Source: a virus
Lineage: Duplodnaviria > Heunggongvirae > Uroviricota > Caudoviricetes
Virus record (IMG/VR): IMGVR_UViG_3300034691_000069
Strand: one strand, 5' to 3'
Length of the DNA stretch: 42,612 bases
Shown in pieces: positions 1 through 9,280 of this stretch; positions within the stretch are counted from its first letter, which is position 1, and the number at the start of each line of letters is the position of its first letter. The notes beneath the pieces are model-generated. The model did not search any database. It saw only the letters and a list, made by a program, of their open reading frames with translations, and was not told the origin of the DNA. The position numbers and the translations under genes were made by a program.

Positions 1-16
1 ATTAAATTAAAGGCAT

Positions 17-44
17 AAAAAAACCCAACACTAGGCTGGGCTTT
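17..44 (-). terminator. rho-independent terminator, near-identical to 861-883
   Basis: CCCAGCCTAGTGTTGGG hairpin followed by a T-run on the minus strand. Confidence 0.8.
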
Positions 45-60
45 TCAATAGGTATCAATT

Positions 61-420
61 TTACAGGTGACGGTAGCTCAACAGTCTGCGAGCTTCTTGA
101 CGCAAGCTTTCGATTTGTTCCAACATCTTTTCTTCTGTGCCGGGAAACTCACGGTTCATGTCTTTGAAGTCATTGGTTTGCATATGAAGCTGAATACGGC
201 CAATTCTATCAAAGATTCGCTCAATTTTTTGTTGGTTTTTTGTATGAAACTCTATCCTTTTCACTTTATCAACGATTCGATCAGCGGTGAGGTTCATGCT
301 GTCAAACTGATTTGAAATAGGAGCATAGCTATCTTGCTGAGAATAATCTTGTGGACGTGCCGAACCATTATCAGCACCCAGCAAACGAGCAACGAAACCA
401 CCAAAGGCAAGAAAACTCAT
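61..420 (-). CDS. hypothetical protein (119 aa)
   Basis: ORF with GAGGA SD and a downstream terminator at 17-44. Confidence 0.8.
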   Translation of the reverse strand: MSFLAFGGFVARLLGADNGSARPQDYSQQDSYAPISNQFDSMNLTADRIVDKVKRIEFHTKNQQKIERIFDRIGRIQLHMQTNDFKDMNREFPGTEEKMLEQIESLRQEARRLLSYRHL

Positions 421-446
421 GGTAAAATCCTCAGTAAATATAGGGT

Positions 447-806
447 TTATACGTTATTAGCTGCAATAACCAATGCATCCAGTTCATCACGAAGTTTATG
501 AACTTCTGCTGGCCGATTCACAACCATATCAGCGAATGCTGTGGTAGCAGTAAAATCACTGATTTCAATAATGCGAGCATGAATTTTGTCAAGTTTAGAC
601 ATCCTTCTTGGATGCGTCATCAAAATTCTGATAGTTTCTTTGAAACTGGGCAAATCTTCCATGATCAAGGCAGGTTTTTTTTCAATGTTTTCCTGCTTTT
701 CAATCTTACCAATTCCATTCTTCACAGAGCAATCAAAAGAAACAGAACTTTTTTCTTTCGAACCAAAGACCTTGGAAAAAAAGTTTTTAACTGGTTGATT
801 GCTCAT
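447..806 (-). CDS. hypothetical protein (start MSNQ, 119 aa)
   Basis: GGGGA SD before the ATG at 806; TTGTTA-17-TATAAT promoter upstream. Confidence 0.8.
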   Translation of the reverse strand: MSNQPVKNFFSKVFGSKEKSSVSFDCSVKNGIGKIEKQENIEKKPALIMEDLPSFKETIRILMTHPRRMSKLDKIHARIIEISDFTATTAFADMVVNRPAEVHKLRDELDALVIAANNV

Positions 807-860
807 GATCGTTCCCCTTTTCAATAAGCCATTATAACACTTCATTAAATAAATAACAAT

Positions 861-883
861 AAAAAACCCAACACTAGGCTGGG
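861..883 (-). terminator. rho-independent terminator, copy of 17-40
   Basis: AAAAAACCCAACACTAGGCTGGG identical to the first copy. Confidence 0.8.
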
Positions 884-902
884 TTATTGTAAGGCAATTG
901 AA

Positions 903-1127
903 TTACTTCAAGAATTCTTTCAACTGCGAAGCATTGATAACGTCCGTTCCAGTGTGTTCGCCATTGACGTAATCAACGGTAAGCGAAACGTTAACGTCAC
1001 CACTGACCGGATTCACCGAAAGAGCAGCATCAACAATGGTGAAGCTTTTGCTTGGTGTAACTTCGATTTTTTGATGGAGATTAAATTTAACCCCATTCAG
1101 AACATCTTTGGCGGATACATTGCTCAT
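903..1127 (-). CDS. hypothetical protein (start MSNV, 74 aa)
   Basis: AGGAG SD before the ATG at 1127. Confidence 0.75.
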   Translation of the reverse strand: MSNVSAKDVLNGVKFNLHQKIEVTPSKSFTIVDAALSVNPVSGDVNVSLTVDYVNGEHTGTDVINASQLKEFLK

Positions 1128-1173
1128 AGTGAAAACTCCTAAACACAAAATAAAGAAAAGGTGAAAGCCGCAA

Positions 1174-1413
1174 TTAAGCGGCCAGCGTCGAAACCATGCT
1201 ATGAAGCGGATGGTCTTCGTCAATCATTTGAGTTTCGGAGTAGAAGCGGGCACGCTGTTCAACCATCTGTTCAGCCGGGTATTGACGAATGCCTTCACTC
1301 ACCATCACATCCACCAAAGTGGCATTGCTGATAGAAGGTTCGGCGGTGGTCAGCAAAACAACAGCGAGCTTGTATTGTTTATCGGTCAAGTGCAGGGTGT
1401 TTTGAGTGTGCAT
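1174..1413 (-). CDS. hypothetical protein (start MHTQ, 79 aa)
   Basis: AAGGA SD; promoter at 1448-1476. Confidence 0.75.
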   Translation of the reverse strand: MHTQNTLHLTDKQYKLAVVLLTTAEPSISNATLVDVMVSEGIRQYPAEQMVEQRARFYSETQMIDEDHPLHSMVSTLAA

Positions 1414-1482
1414 TTTGTAATCCTTGGCGTGTTTGGTTGATGGGTCTATTATACCGCTATAACAGACCAAAAACAAGCTTTT

Positions 1483-1767
1483 TCAGCCCCAGTTTTCGAT
1501 TTGACGAATATAAACATGCAGGGGAATACATTCCAGCTTAATTTCTTTGCCATGAAGTTCTTTGATGATTTTAGAAAGGCGAATAGCTTCTGAATGAGCA
1601 TATTCTGCTGTGCTGAACATCCGAATAGATACAGATTTTTCATTCTGTTCAAAGCTCACCACAGCCACATCATTAAAACTATCACTGATTGAGTGGTCAT
1701 TACCAAAGCCAGACCAGACAGTAAATCCCAAGACTTTGGTAGCATCTTCACGGATGAGAATATACAT
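1483..1767 (-). CDS. hypothetical protein (94 aa)
   Basis: AAGGA SD; promoter at 1801-1829. Confidence 0.8.
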   Translation of the reverse strand: MYILIREDATKVLGFTVWSGFGNDHSISDSFNDVAVVSFEQNEKSVSIRMFSTAEYAHSEAIRLSKIIKELHGKEIKLECIPLHVYIRQIENWG

Positions 1768-1843
1768 TATAAATCCTTTACTCTAAATGTGTGAAAGCCC
1801 ATTATATCGCTATAACGGGCTAAAAACAAGCTTTTTCGAGTTG

Positions 1844-2338
1844 TTAGTCGGCCAAACGAAGGAACGCACTGTTCACAACCACGAAGATTTCATCATCCGA
1901 CAACTGAACACGGGAGCCATCAGGCATGCCGACAGTGTTAGCATGCAGAAAAGCTTCCGCATCGTAGGGTGCAATACGGCGACCACGAAGCTCAGAACCA
2001 CCAGCAACAATACGGTCAGTCGCTACAAAGGTCACAACCATACAGGAACCACGCATATCAGGTTCATTGAACTTCGCTGATGGAATATCAGTGATATTAC
2101 TCAATGCCAGATAGAGAGCTTCAAGCTCAGGATCAGTGCCACCTTCAAGCACGATTTCGACTTCGGACTCAGTGCCCCATTGAGTCAGCAGCCTTTGAGC
2201 CGTTTCGGACATTTGGTCTTTGGTTGCCCAGAGACGGTTCAGTGCGTGAAAACCTTGTGGCATGCGGTTACGCCCACCAACATGTTTGTTGAAAATAGTG
2301 TAACGCTTAGAATACACGGGTTGAAGAATAGCAAGCAT
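1844..2338 (-). CDS. putative Pth2-like (peptidyl-tRNA hydrolase II family) protein
   Basis: Motif order Y-x-Q-x-x-HA ... W ... IVLEGG-x4-L-x2-L ... P-x-A-x-F-x-EPD ... VTFV resembles phage Pth2-like proteins; recognised from memory only. Confidence 0.5.
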   Translation of the reverse strand: MLAILQPVYSKRYTIFNKHVGGRNRMPQGFHALNRLWATKDQMSETAQRLLTQWGTESEVEIVLEGGTDPELEALYLALSNITDIPSAKFNEPDMRGSCMVVTFVATDRIVAGGSELRGRRIAPYDAEAFLHANTVGMPDGSRVQLSDDEIFVVVNSAFLRLAD

Positions 2339-2413
2339 ATGATGATTATCCTTTGATTTAATGGGCCTATATTAACATAAACCCAAATAGGTGTCTATTT
2401 TTTTATGGTGAAA

Positions 2414-2875
2414 TCAAGAATTGTAGAATTCAAGTTTTCCATGAACATTGAAGAATCCATTAACGAAACCGTTCTTCACAAAACGATTGGCGTCAAACTC
2501 AGAAGCAAAGCGACGGCCATAGCTGCAGTTGTCTCGACCATGATAGAGAACCACCCAAGGCAATCCATCGAAGGAATTTCCACAGAATATTTCCGAGTCG
2601 AAAACTGCTGTATCAGACGTAAAGACACACACAGGAACATAGCTCAAACCATCTTTGGCAACAAAACCGATAGATGAGAGTTCACAGTGTTTGAACAGAC
2701 GGCCATGAGATTCATCAGGGATTTGAATATAACCTACCAGTCTATCAAGCCAGCCCGCAAACACATCAGCTTCCATTGGGTTAAGTTTGACCGCACTGGC
2801 AGGCACCAGAGCTTTCTGAATTTTTGAGTCTTCAACAAGAAACTCAAGGTCAACGGGTGAGATTGGCTTAGCCAT
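2414..2875 (-). CDS. hypothetical protein (153 aa)
   Basis: ORF in cassette context. Confidence 0.8.
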   Translation of the reverse strand: MAKPISPVDLEFLVEDSKIQKALVPASAVKLNPMEADVFAGWLDRLVGYIQIPDESHGRLFKHCELSSIGFVAKDGLSYVPVCVFTSDTAVFDSEIFCGNSFDGLPWVVLYHGRDNCSYGRRFASEFDANRFVKNGFVNGFFNVHGKLEFYNS

Positions 2876-2988
2876 GTCGATATACCTGACGGTGGTTGTT
2901 TAATGAATGTATTTTAACATTAAACTAGTTTTTTGTCGATCAATAAAAACAAAAAAACCCGCTAAGGCAGGTCTTTAATCACTGATAA

Positions 2989-3273
2989 TTAAAGTCGAAG
3001 AAGATAAAGGTCAGGGTTCCGACGATTTATAAGTTGGAAAATTCCGTATTTAACCAACAGTTTACGTCTATTTCGGATTGTTTCGGCATAAAAGGTGCAA
3101 CAGTCCATTTCTTGTTTTTCCTCACCACACTTAGTGCAAGTGAAAATGCAAGCCAAATCAAAGCCAGAAGAACCATTGGGCGTGAATTGCATTGCTTTTT
3201 TATGGCATTTAGGGCAAGGTGATTTTTCTTCTTTCATCAAGAAAAAAGTATCTTTAAGTTTAGAACGTTTCAT
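2989..3273 (-). CDS. putative zinc-ribbon protein (CPKC...CTKC)
   Basis: GAGGTG SD before MKRS; two CxxC motifs. Confidence 0.6.
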   Translation of the reverse strand: MKRSKLKDTFFLMKEEKSPCPKCHKKAMQFTPNGSSGFDLACIFTCTKCGEEKQEMDCCTFYAETIRNRRKLLVKYGIFQLINRRNPDLYLLRL

Positions 3274-3371
3274 ATTGTTCACCTCGGGATTCATACCACT
3301 ATTATATCACTTAAATGGAATAAATCAATAAAAAAAGGAGCCGAAGCCCCTTTATTGGTAAACACAAAACA

Positions 3372-4007
3372 TCAGCGTTTGGATTTGATAACCTTCACCA
3401 GCTCACTGGTATAGCCCATGATGGCCTCACTATGCACATAATTACTGAATTTCAGAGTGCTAGCAAGTTGTTGCTCAGCGAGAATAATCGAAAATTCTGT
3501 GATGATGGCTTCACGAAGCGTGGAACATTCTTCATCAGTGCAGTAAACAGAATCTTTGTGGTGATCATGGTTGACATGGGTAACGTTCAACTTGTCATAA
3601 ACTTTGTTGAGGATCTGAACCTCATCGTAGCTCATATGACCAGTGCCAATGAGAATTGCACGGGTGAAACGTGTTTCTGGAACATTCGCCAACTGAGTTT
3701 CCAACGCTTCACGAAGGTCACCCACTTGCTCATCAAGAATATCGTTGTTTTCTTTGATGAGCGAGTTGCTATCAGAAATCATTTCATGCAGTTGAGCAAG
3801 GTCAGCCACAACCCGAGCGGCAATCACACTGAAATCTTCAGGCAATTTGTCTTTGAGTTCAGTGATCGCTTCGATGATGTAAGGAGTATCCATGAATTGA
3901 GAATCATCACCACACAACAACAGAGTTGGAAGAGCAGCTTGTTGCTGTTCACGCAGTTGGTTAACAGACATTTCGTAGGTGGCAATGATGTCGATTACAG
4001 AATTCAT
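3372..4007 (-). CDS. hypothetical protein with coiled coil (211 aa)
   Basis: Long ORF downstream of a consensus promoter. Confidence 0.8.
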   Translation of the reverse strand: MNSVIDIIATYEMSVNQLREQQQAALPTLLLCGDDSQFMDTPYIIEAITELKDKLPEDFSVIAARVVADLAQLHEMISDSNSLIKENNDILDEQVGDLREALETQLANVPETRFTRAILIGTGHMSYDEVQILNKVYDKLNVTHVNHDHHKDSVYCTDEECSTLREAIITEFSIILAEQQLASTLKFSNYVHSEAIMGYTSELVKVIKSKR

Positions 4008-4037
4008 GTCATTAATCTCATTGGTTTCGATGGGATA

Positions 4038-4066
4038 ATTATATCAAAAACGAGTTTTTATGTCAA
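4038..4066 (-). promoter_or_regulatory. consensus sigma70 promoter TTGACA-17-TATAAT
   Basis: Perfect -35 and -10 with 17-nt spacing; spacer carries an AAAAAC-TC-GTTTTT palindrome. Confidence 0.9.
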
Positions 4067-4171
4067 TGAATCTTTCTTTTAAACACATCATTCATCTATG
4101 AATAAATTGAATTTTTTTGACTTTTATATTATTGTGCTAGAATGAATAAACACAATTATAAGAATAATAAC

Positions 4172-4534
4172 ATGAAAAGATATTTAATGTGCTTAACAGC
4201 TCTTTGCTTCATAGGAGTATCACAGGCCGATTACACAGTGATTTACAACAACTTAGAAAAGAATGCCATCGTATTTAAAACAGGTGGTGGAACCACACCA
4301 GTAGAGCCATCAAACCCAACCTGTGATGATGATACCGTAAGATCCTTATGGACTTCTGGATCTATCGCTTTTCGAACGCACACAATCCGATGGAACAATG
4401 AAATTATTACTACGGGTGGAGACTATGAAATGAATGAATACACAGCCGATGGTTATCATTATACAAAAGGTGAAGTCGTTGTGACAGCACCAGAATATAA
4501 ACAATATAAAGTCTGTCGTGTAGCTGTAAACTAA
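4172..4534 (+). CDS. secreted protein, short member of the 34517/35176 family
   Basis: Signal peptide MKRYLMCLTALCFIGVSQA; YTVIY and GYHYTKG...VCRV motifs shared with the paralogs. Confidence 0.75.
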   Translation: MKRYLMCLTALCFIGVSQADYTVIYNNLEKNAIVFKTGGGTTPVEPSNPTCDDDTVRSLWTSGSIAFRTHTIRWNNEIITTGGDYEMNEYTADGYHYTKGEVVVTAPEYKQYKVCRVAVN

Positions 4535-4641
4535 TAACAAAAAAAGCAGCATAGGCTGCTATTTTAGATATTAATATCAGAAATCCTAAAAAAAGAACAA
4601 CAAAAAGCCCCATCAATGGGGCTTTTTAGACAACAATGGCA

Positions 4642-4812
4642 TTAACGATTACGCAAATCCCATTCAAGATTCTTCGGCTTAGTAGACGTGCCAGAGAGCG
4701 TGGATTTTGCAGCTTCAACAGTTGCAGTTTTTACAGGTTCTTGAGCCATAGCCAAAGAAGAAAGCATCGAAACGGAAAGACCAAGACCAATAACTACTTT
4801 ATACATTTTCAT
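4642..4812 (-). CDS. small secreted protein (56 aa)
   Basis: AGGAG SD; signal peptide ending in AMA. Confidence 0.7.
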   Translation of the reverse strand: MKMYKVVIGLGLSVSMLSSLAMAQEPVKTATVEAAKSTLSGTSTKPKNLEWDLRNR

Positions 4813-4897
4813 TTTTGTAACTCCTATTTTTTGTGGCAATACTATACTCCACAAAATAAAGATTGTCAACTAATATTGCAACAGCTATTGATGTTGT

Positions 4898-5191
4898 TTA
4901 ACCAATCTTTTTAAGACCGAAACGGCCACCAGAAACATAAATCCCCATGTCCATGAACGACATGCAATGAGGATGTTTCAAAATACAATCAACCGAAAAA
5001 CGTTCGTTGTCAGCAGTAAACCATGACACCTGATAGCGAATGTCATCAGGTTGTGCATTCGGATTGACGATTTTAACAATGGCATCACTTTCAAGGTCAA
5101 CCCCCTTGATGGATTTAGCCAGCATCTGACCTTTCGCATATTGAAGCAAGGCGTCTTCAAGATCTGCTGAAATGGTTGGTGTATTGGACAT
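4898..5191 (-). CDS. hypothetical protein (97 aa)
   Basis: ORF with its own TATAAT promoter. Confidence 0.75.
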   Translation of the reverse strand: MSNTPTISADLEDALLQYAKGQMLAKSIKGVDLESDAIVKIVNPNAQPDDIRYQVSWFTADNERFSVDCILKHPHCMSFMDMGIYVSGGRFGLKKIG

Positions 5192-5279
5192 AATGATTTA
5201 CTCAAATACGTTTAGATGGCGTATTATAACAAACAAAGTGAACAAAATATAGTTTTTTGTTCACTTTTATAGGTGATTA

Positions 5280-5573
5280 TCAAATGTTGATAAGCTGGAT
5301 TTCAGCCTCATAATCAGCAATTTGTTTCTTAAAAATATCTGTATGCAGGCTATCTTCAAGAAAAGAAGGGCACGCAAAGCCTTCGCAAGACGGGCCTTGG
5401 CTTCGACCATTGACATTAACTTCTTTCGGGCACTTGCTCGATTTCATCCAGTTGTTACAGTTACCACAACGAGGCTTAGCACGTTGAATAGCATGGGAAC
5501 GTTTTGCCTTCAGGTCAAGCAACCGGCTGGCTTTGGTCACAGCATCAATGAAACCATCAATTTCTTTCATCAT
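5280..5573 (-). CDS. Cys-rich putative metal-binding protein
   Basis: CGNCNNW...CP...C...CPSF; the upstream ATG overlaps the -10 box, so the start was moved. Confidence 0.6.
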   Translation of the reverse strand: MMKEIDGFIDAVTKASRLLDLKAKRSHAIQRAKPRCGNCNNWMKSSKCPKEVNVNGRSQGPSCEGFACPSFLEDSLHTDIFKKQIADYEAEIQLINI

Positions 5574-5639
5574 GGCGGCGTCTATCCCATTATGTTTTGA
5601 TAGCTCATTATACAATAAAAAACAGGTTTAAACAACAGT

Positions 5640-6116
5640 TTAAATATTTGTTATTCTGAGTGTGTATTTCGATACACAGTCAACATAACTTGTAAAATGA
5701 GATTTAGTGGAAAGTTCAAAATCTGGACGAAAGGGCATCCGAGTATAAGTATTAAAAGCCCATATCAGAAATGATTTGTTAGCCTTACCTGTTTTCATCG
5801 CAAATCGACTGGCAAACGCTTCTGCTTCAATAAGTTTATGAAAATCTTGCTCTTCATTGTAAGTAACAACTTTCATTGAATCGGGTGTCAGATCAAAGAA
5901 AGTATTATAGTTCACTAACTTATCATGAACATGATGACCAACTTCATGGAAAAGAATGCTATTGAATTCGGGGTGAAAGGGATTAAGCATGATATATCTG
6001 AAAATATAGTTATATTCAGCACTATCGAATGAACAAAAGGGCTTGTAAATTAAACCATACTTACGGCAAACAACCCATGCCAGAATGAAGTTTTTGATGG
6101 ATTGATAAATAATCAT
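5640..6116 (-). CDS. putative HExxH zinc metallopeptidase (ImmA/IrrE-like fold)
   Basis: LFHEVGHH motif plus downstream E-x-EA-x-x-FA; GAGGTG SD. Confidence 0.6.
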   Translation of the reverse strand: MIIYQSIKNFILAWVVCRKYGLIYKPFCSFDSAEYNYIFRYIMLNPFHPEFNSILFHEVGHHVHDKLVNYNTFFDLTPDSMKVVTYNEEQDFHKLIEAEAFASRFAMKTGKANKSFLIWAFNTYTRMPFRPDFELSTKSHFTSYVDCVSKYTLRITNI

Positions 6117-6223
6117 AGAACACCTCAACTAAGATGAATGAATAATAACATAAATCTATAAAATGATCTATAAAAGAAACAAAAAAGCCTGAAATTAATC
6201 AGGCTCGTTCATGAAATGTTATT

Positions 6224-6454
6224 TTATTCGGTGGGAATAAGTGCCGGGATAACGTGAAAGTTTTCCATCGGTTTGAAAATAAACCATTCCTGTTCTTCGT
6301 CCAACCAAAGAGCGTCACTGCTAGATTTGCAGTATTCAAAAGCAAACGGATCGGCTTTGTCATCAATATGGTTAAACAGAATGGTGGGTGAACTCGCGGC
6401 CACACTACCACAGATAGCTTTATCATGACGATTGCGGAAAATGTAAGTAGCCAT
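6224..6454 (-). CDS. hypothetical protein (76 aa)
   Basis: AAGGG SD; terminator at about 6181-6205. Confidence 0.7.
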   Translation of the reverse strand: MATYIFRNRHDKAICGSVAASSPTILFNHIDDKADPFAFEYCKSSSDALWLDEEQEWFIFKPMENFHVIPALIPTE

Positions 6455-6556
6455 TGATATACCCTTATGTCTATTTTTCTGATGAGTTAGTTTAATACAT
6501 CAAATTTTAATCGAATTGAATAGCCGGGTCAATCACTTAATAACAAAACTCAAAGG

Positions 6557-6619
6557 TTATGCCAAAGTGATGATAGAGAACAGAAAGAGGCTAATCCAAA
6601 CCAGAAGCTTTTTAAACAT
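6557..6619 (-). CDS. 20-aa hydrophobic peptide MFKKLLVWISLFLFSIITLA
   Basis: Translated by hand; GGGTGA SD and its own TATAAT at about 6655. Confidence 0.55.
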   Translation of the reverse strand: MFKKLLVWISLFLFSIITLA

Positions 6620-6686
6620 AGATCACCCGTGTAATGGTTATTTCAATAGGCTGATTATAGCAATGTGGGCTAAAAATAACAACAAC

Positions 6687-6741
6687 TTGTAAGCCTATAG
6701 GCTAACAAAAAATAGATTTCTGTATGCTTATAGGCTTACAA
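6687..6741. repeat. 13-bp perfect inverted repeat with a 29-nt spacer
   Basis: TTGTAAGCCTATA / TATAGGCTTACAA; the left arm overlaps the palindrome AGCCTATAGGCT. Confidence 0.85.
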
Positions 6742-6743
6742 AT

Positions 6744-7145
6744 TTAAAGCGATTTCACTTGATCATCAAAGTCTTTGTAACGACCAAGGCGAGATTCGAA
6801 ACCTGAAATGGAACCTTTGGTGTTTTTTCGATGATTGTAGCTCGATTTCAAGGATTCATCAAAAATGTCATCCACACTTTTCTTGGTGGCATACATTTTA
6901 ATCATTTTTGCAACAACTTCAGCATCATCAAGGCAATCGGCTCGCAAGCTGAAATAAACAGCCGCCCCAAAGTGACCATTGAACTCCAGCTCTTCGGCGT
7001 GAGTGACACCCGATAGAATCGACTGAAGGTCAAAATGATTGTTCGCATCTTGCTCTTGTTCATCGCGTTTTTCAAGGGCAATGAACTGTTTATGAGTGAG
7101 TTCTACTCGGTAGCTAACGGAGGTCACTTCGGCTAATTTTTTCAT
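6744..7145 (-). CDS. hypothetical protein (133 aa)
   Basis: AGGTGA SD; TTGTTT-17-TATAAT promoter. Confidence 0.8.
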   Translation of the reverse strand: MKKLAEVTSVSYRVELTHKQFIALEKRDEQEQDANNHFDLQSILSGVTHAEELEFNGHFGAAVYFSLRADCLDDAEVVAKMIKMYATKKSVDDIFDESLKSSYNHRKNTKGSISGFESRLGRYKDFDDQVKSL

Positions 7146-7201
7146 AACATCACCTATATGTTTGATACAGCATTATACTACAACTTTAAATGTTAAACAA
7201 C

Positions 7202-7226
7202 AAAAAGGCCACCTAAGTGACCTTTT
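7202..7226 (-). terminator. terminator, identical to 7685-7709
   Basis: AAAAAGGCCACCTAAGTGACCTTTT. Confidence 0.8.
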
Positions 7227-7243
7227 TTGCACTACTGAGAATG

Positions 7244-7627
7244 TTATGGGACTTGAACAATCACAACGTCCATTTTTTGAGCCAAAGCTTTCTTAATAAT
7301 GCGATCATAACGGGAATAATTACCAGTATGCAGCACCAGAAGAACGTTATTACAGGCCCAGCGTTTTGCTCTCTCAAAAATCAGGCTCATCGGAGAAATG
7401 GGGAAAGAGAAAAATTTTCTTTTAGGTACATTAATACTGGCGTCGAAAACAACAAGATCTTGATGGTTAGCAAAAAGATGAGCTTGACGCTCGACAGAAG
7501 TCAAAATATCCTTTTCAGACCCAACGCAAATTGAAGTCACATCATGTTCCATTGAAACTCTTTTGATCGTTTGATAGGTCATAGCTACATCATTACATTC
7601 ATGCCCGACAACAATAAGATTTTTCAT
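7244..7627 (-). CDS. hypothetical alpha/beta protein (127 aa)
   Basis: GGGAG SD; cassette context. Confidence 0.75.
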   Translation of the reverse strand: MKNLIVVGHECNDVAMTYQTIKRVSMEHDVTSICVGSEKDILTSVERQAHLFANHQDLVVFDASINVPKRKFFSFPISPMSLIFERAKRWACNNVLLVLHTGNYSRYDRIIKKALAQKMDVVIVQVP

Positions 7628-7684
7628 GGTTTAACTCCCGATCTAGTGGTATTATTATACACCAAATACAGTTTTATAGCAAGA

Positions 7685-7709
7685 AAAAAGGCCACCTAAG
7701 TGACCTTTT
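7685..7709 (-). terminator. terminator, identical to 7202-7226
   Basis: 25-bp exact copy. Confidence 0.8.
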
Positions 7710-7726
7710 GAATCCATCAACTGATA

Positions 7727-8164
7727 TTAAGAAGCAATGCTATCAAGATAAGCTTTGCGGTGTTCAAACTCTACCAGCATATAGTATGGTTTGACAACAA
7801 GTTTGCGGCGTTCTTTGTAGTCTTCAATCCCATGCACGTCTTTGATATGAGCCATCGCCATACTGTGTTGCTGGTGTTCATCCATCCGGCGACCTTTGTT
7901 GGATCGACCAAAATCTTTCTGGCAGATTTGGCAAGATGTTGCGTGAAGGACATTTTCAAAATATGGGCCAATCAAGTCTTGTTTAGCACGAAGACGTTGC
8001 AGCAAATCATAACCAGACTGCCCACCATTGCACTGAGAGTAATAAGGCGACATCATACCAAGAGCACTATCAAGCTCGTCCATCAAGTCCAATACTTCAT
8101 CGTTCGTCCAAACTTGTTTTTCTTGGGTTTGTTCAACTACTTGACTTTCGTTGACTTCTGACAT
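7727..8164 (-). CDS. hypothetical protein with a C2H2-like zinc finger
   Basis: CQIC...HIKDVH. Confidence 0.55.
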   Translation of the reverse strand: MSEVNESQVVEQTQEKQVWTNDEVLDLMDELDSALGMMSPYYSQCNGGQSGYDLLQRLRAKQDLIGPYFENVLHATSCQICQKDFGRSNKGRRMDEHQQHSMAMAHIKDVHGIEDYKERRKLVVKPYYMLVEFEHRKAYLDSIAS

Positions 8165-8237
8165 GATGACTTACCTATTCGTTTTGATGAGGCATTATAA
8201 CATGAATATCGCCAAACAAAAACCATTTTTTTTAAAA

Positions 8238-8543
8238 TTAGAGAATGAAACCACCCAGTTGATAAAGACGTGTCTTTAATTCGTTATCAGTGGCTTTGCT
8301 GAAAAACCCAATCTGTTGTTTTCTGATGGTCGATTGGGCCGTCATGTAATGGTGGTATGGTTCAAACCTGCAAGGTTCCAGCGGGCCAACAAAATGGATA
8401 GTGTGCGGCCATTTAGTTTTATACGGAGCCTTGATTAACTCATAATCTATTCTTGAAAAATGAATAGGCACATACAGAACCAATAAAATCGAGCCGCCAA
8501 AGACGAAAAACATAAAGGCATATGCTACCCATTGAGCGATCAT
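8238..8543 (-). CDS. membrane-anchored protein, paralog of 9273-9599
   Basis: N-terminal TM segment; FVGPLEPC motif; GGAGA SD. Confidence 0.75.
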   Translation of the reverse strand: MIAQWVAYAFMFFVFGGSILLVLYVPIHFSRIDYELIKAPYKTKWPHTIHFVGPLEPCRFEPYHHYMTAQSTIRKQQIGFFSKATDNELKTRLYQLGGFIL

Positions 8544-8644
8544 GATGTATCTCCAAATATTTTGAGGATTATAACATAAAATGTGATATTTAATCAACAA
8601 AAAAGCCCCTAGCGGGGCTTTTTTAAAAAACAAACACGAACACG

Positions 8645-8974
8645 TTATGCGGGCATATGATCTTCTTCATTCACTCGAAGTGCAGAAAGCTGTGCTTTCA
8701 AATCTTGAATTTCATCAATAAGTGTATCAACGAATTCGATGGAGTAAGTTGGCAGTACATTGCGAGGGTCACTGTATTCATGGCAACTACCTGTTACACG
8801 GCCATAATCACGCTGAGTATAACGATGAACACCGGATTCGTCTGACATCGTTTCATGCGATGTTCCTTCGTTGTGAACTTGAACGAAACGAACCATGTTA
8901 CCACCCTGAGTGCGGTAAAAATTACCCACAACATAAGGAACGGGTTTCAGATTAGGCTTGTTAACTTCTGGCAT
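8645..8974 (-). CDS. hypothetical protein (109 aa)
   Basis: GAGAG SD before MPEV. Confidence 0.75.
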   Translation of the reverse strand: MPEVNKPNLKPVPYVVGNFYRTQGGNMVRFVQVHNEGTSHETMSDESGVHRYTQRDYGRVTGSCHEYSDPRNVLPTYSIEFVDTLIDEIQDLKAQLSALRVNEEDHMPA

Positions 8975-9028
8975 GATGATTACTCTCGTTGAGTTGATGA
9001 AGCATTTTACCATGAATGGATTGAGCGA

Positions 9029-9280
9029 TCAATCTTTCTTTCGATATCCTTGTGAGTCTGAACCCGGTTTGCCCCACATTGGACAATGCTTGGCATTGAA
9101 AGCGTCAAGCTGCCGGGATGGTATCCATTTTGTTTTTTTATTGCACCTGTCACACGTAAAACAAAAGTAAGTCTTTCGATAACGCGAATACTTACCAGAC
9201 AAAATAGACCGAGATTCATAAGAAGGCCGATAAAAATGCCCTCTAATCATGCAAACAAGAGCGTTAATCAGCTTACGCAT
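9029..9280 (-). CDS. hypothetical protein (C-x3-GH ... CxxC)
   Basis: Start overlaps the stop of the upstream gene. Confidence 0.65.
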   Translation of the reverse strand: MRKLINALVCMIRGHFYRPSYESRSILSGKYSRYRKTYFCFTCDRCNKKTKWIPSRQLDAFNAKHCPMWGKPGSDSQGYRKKD

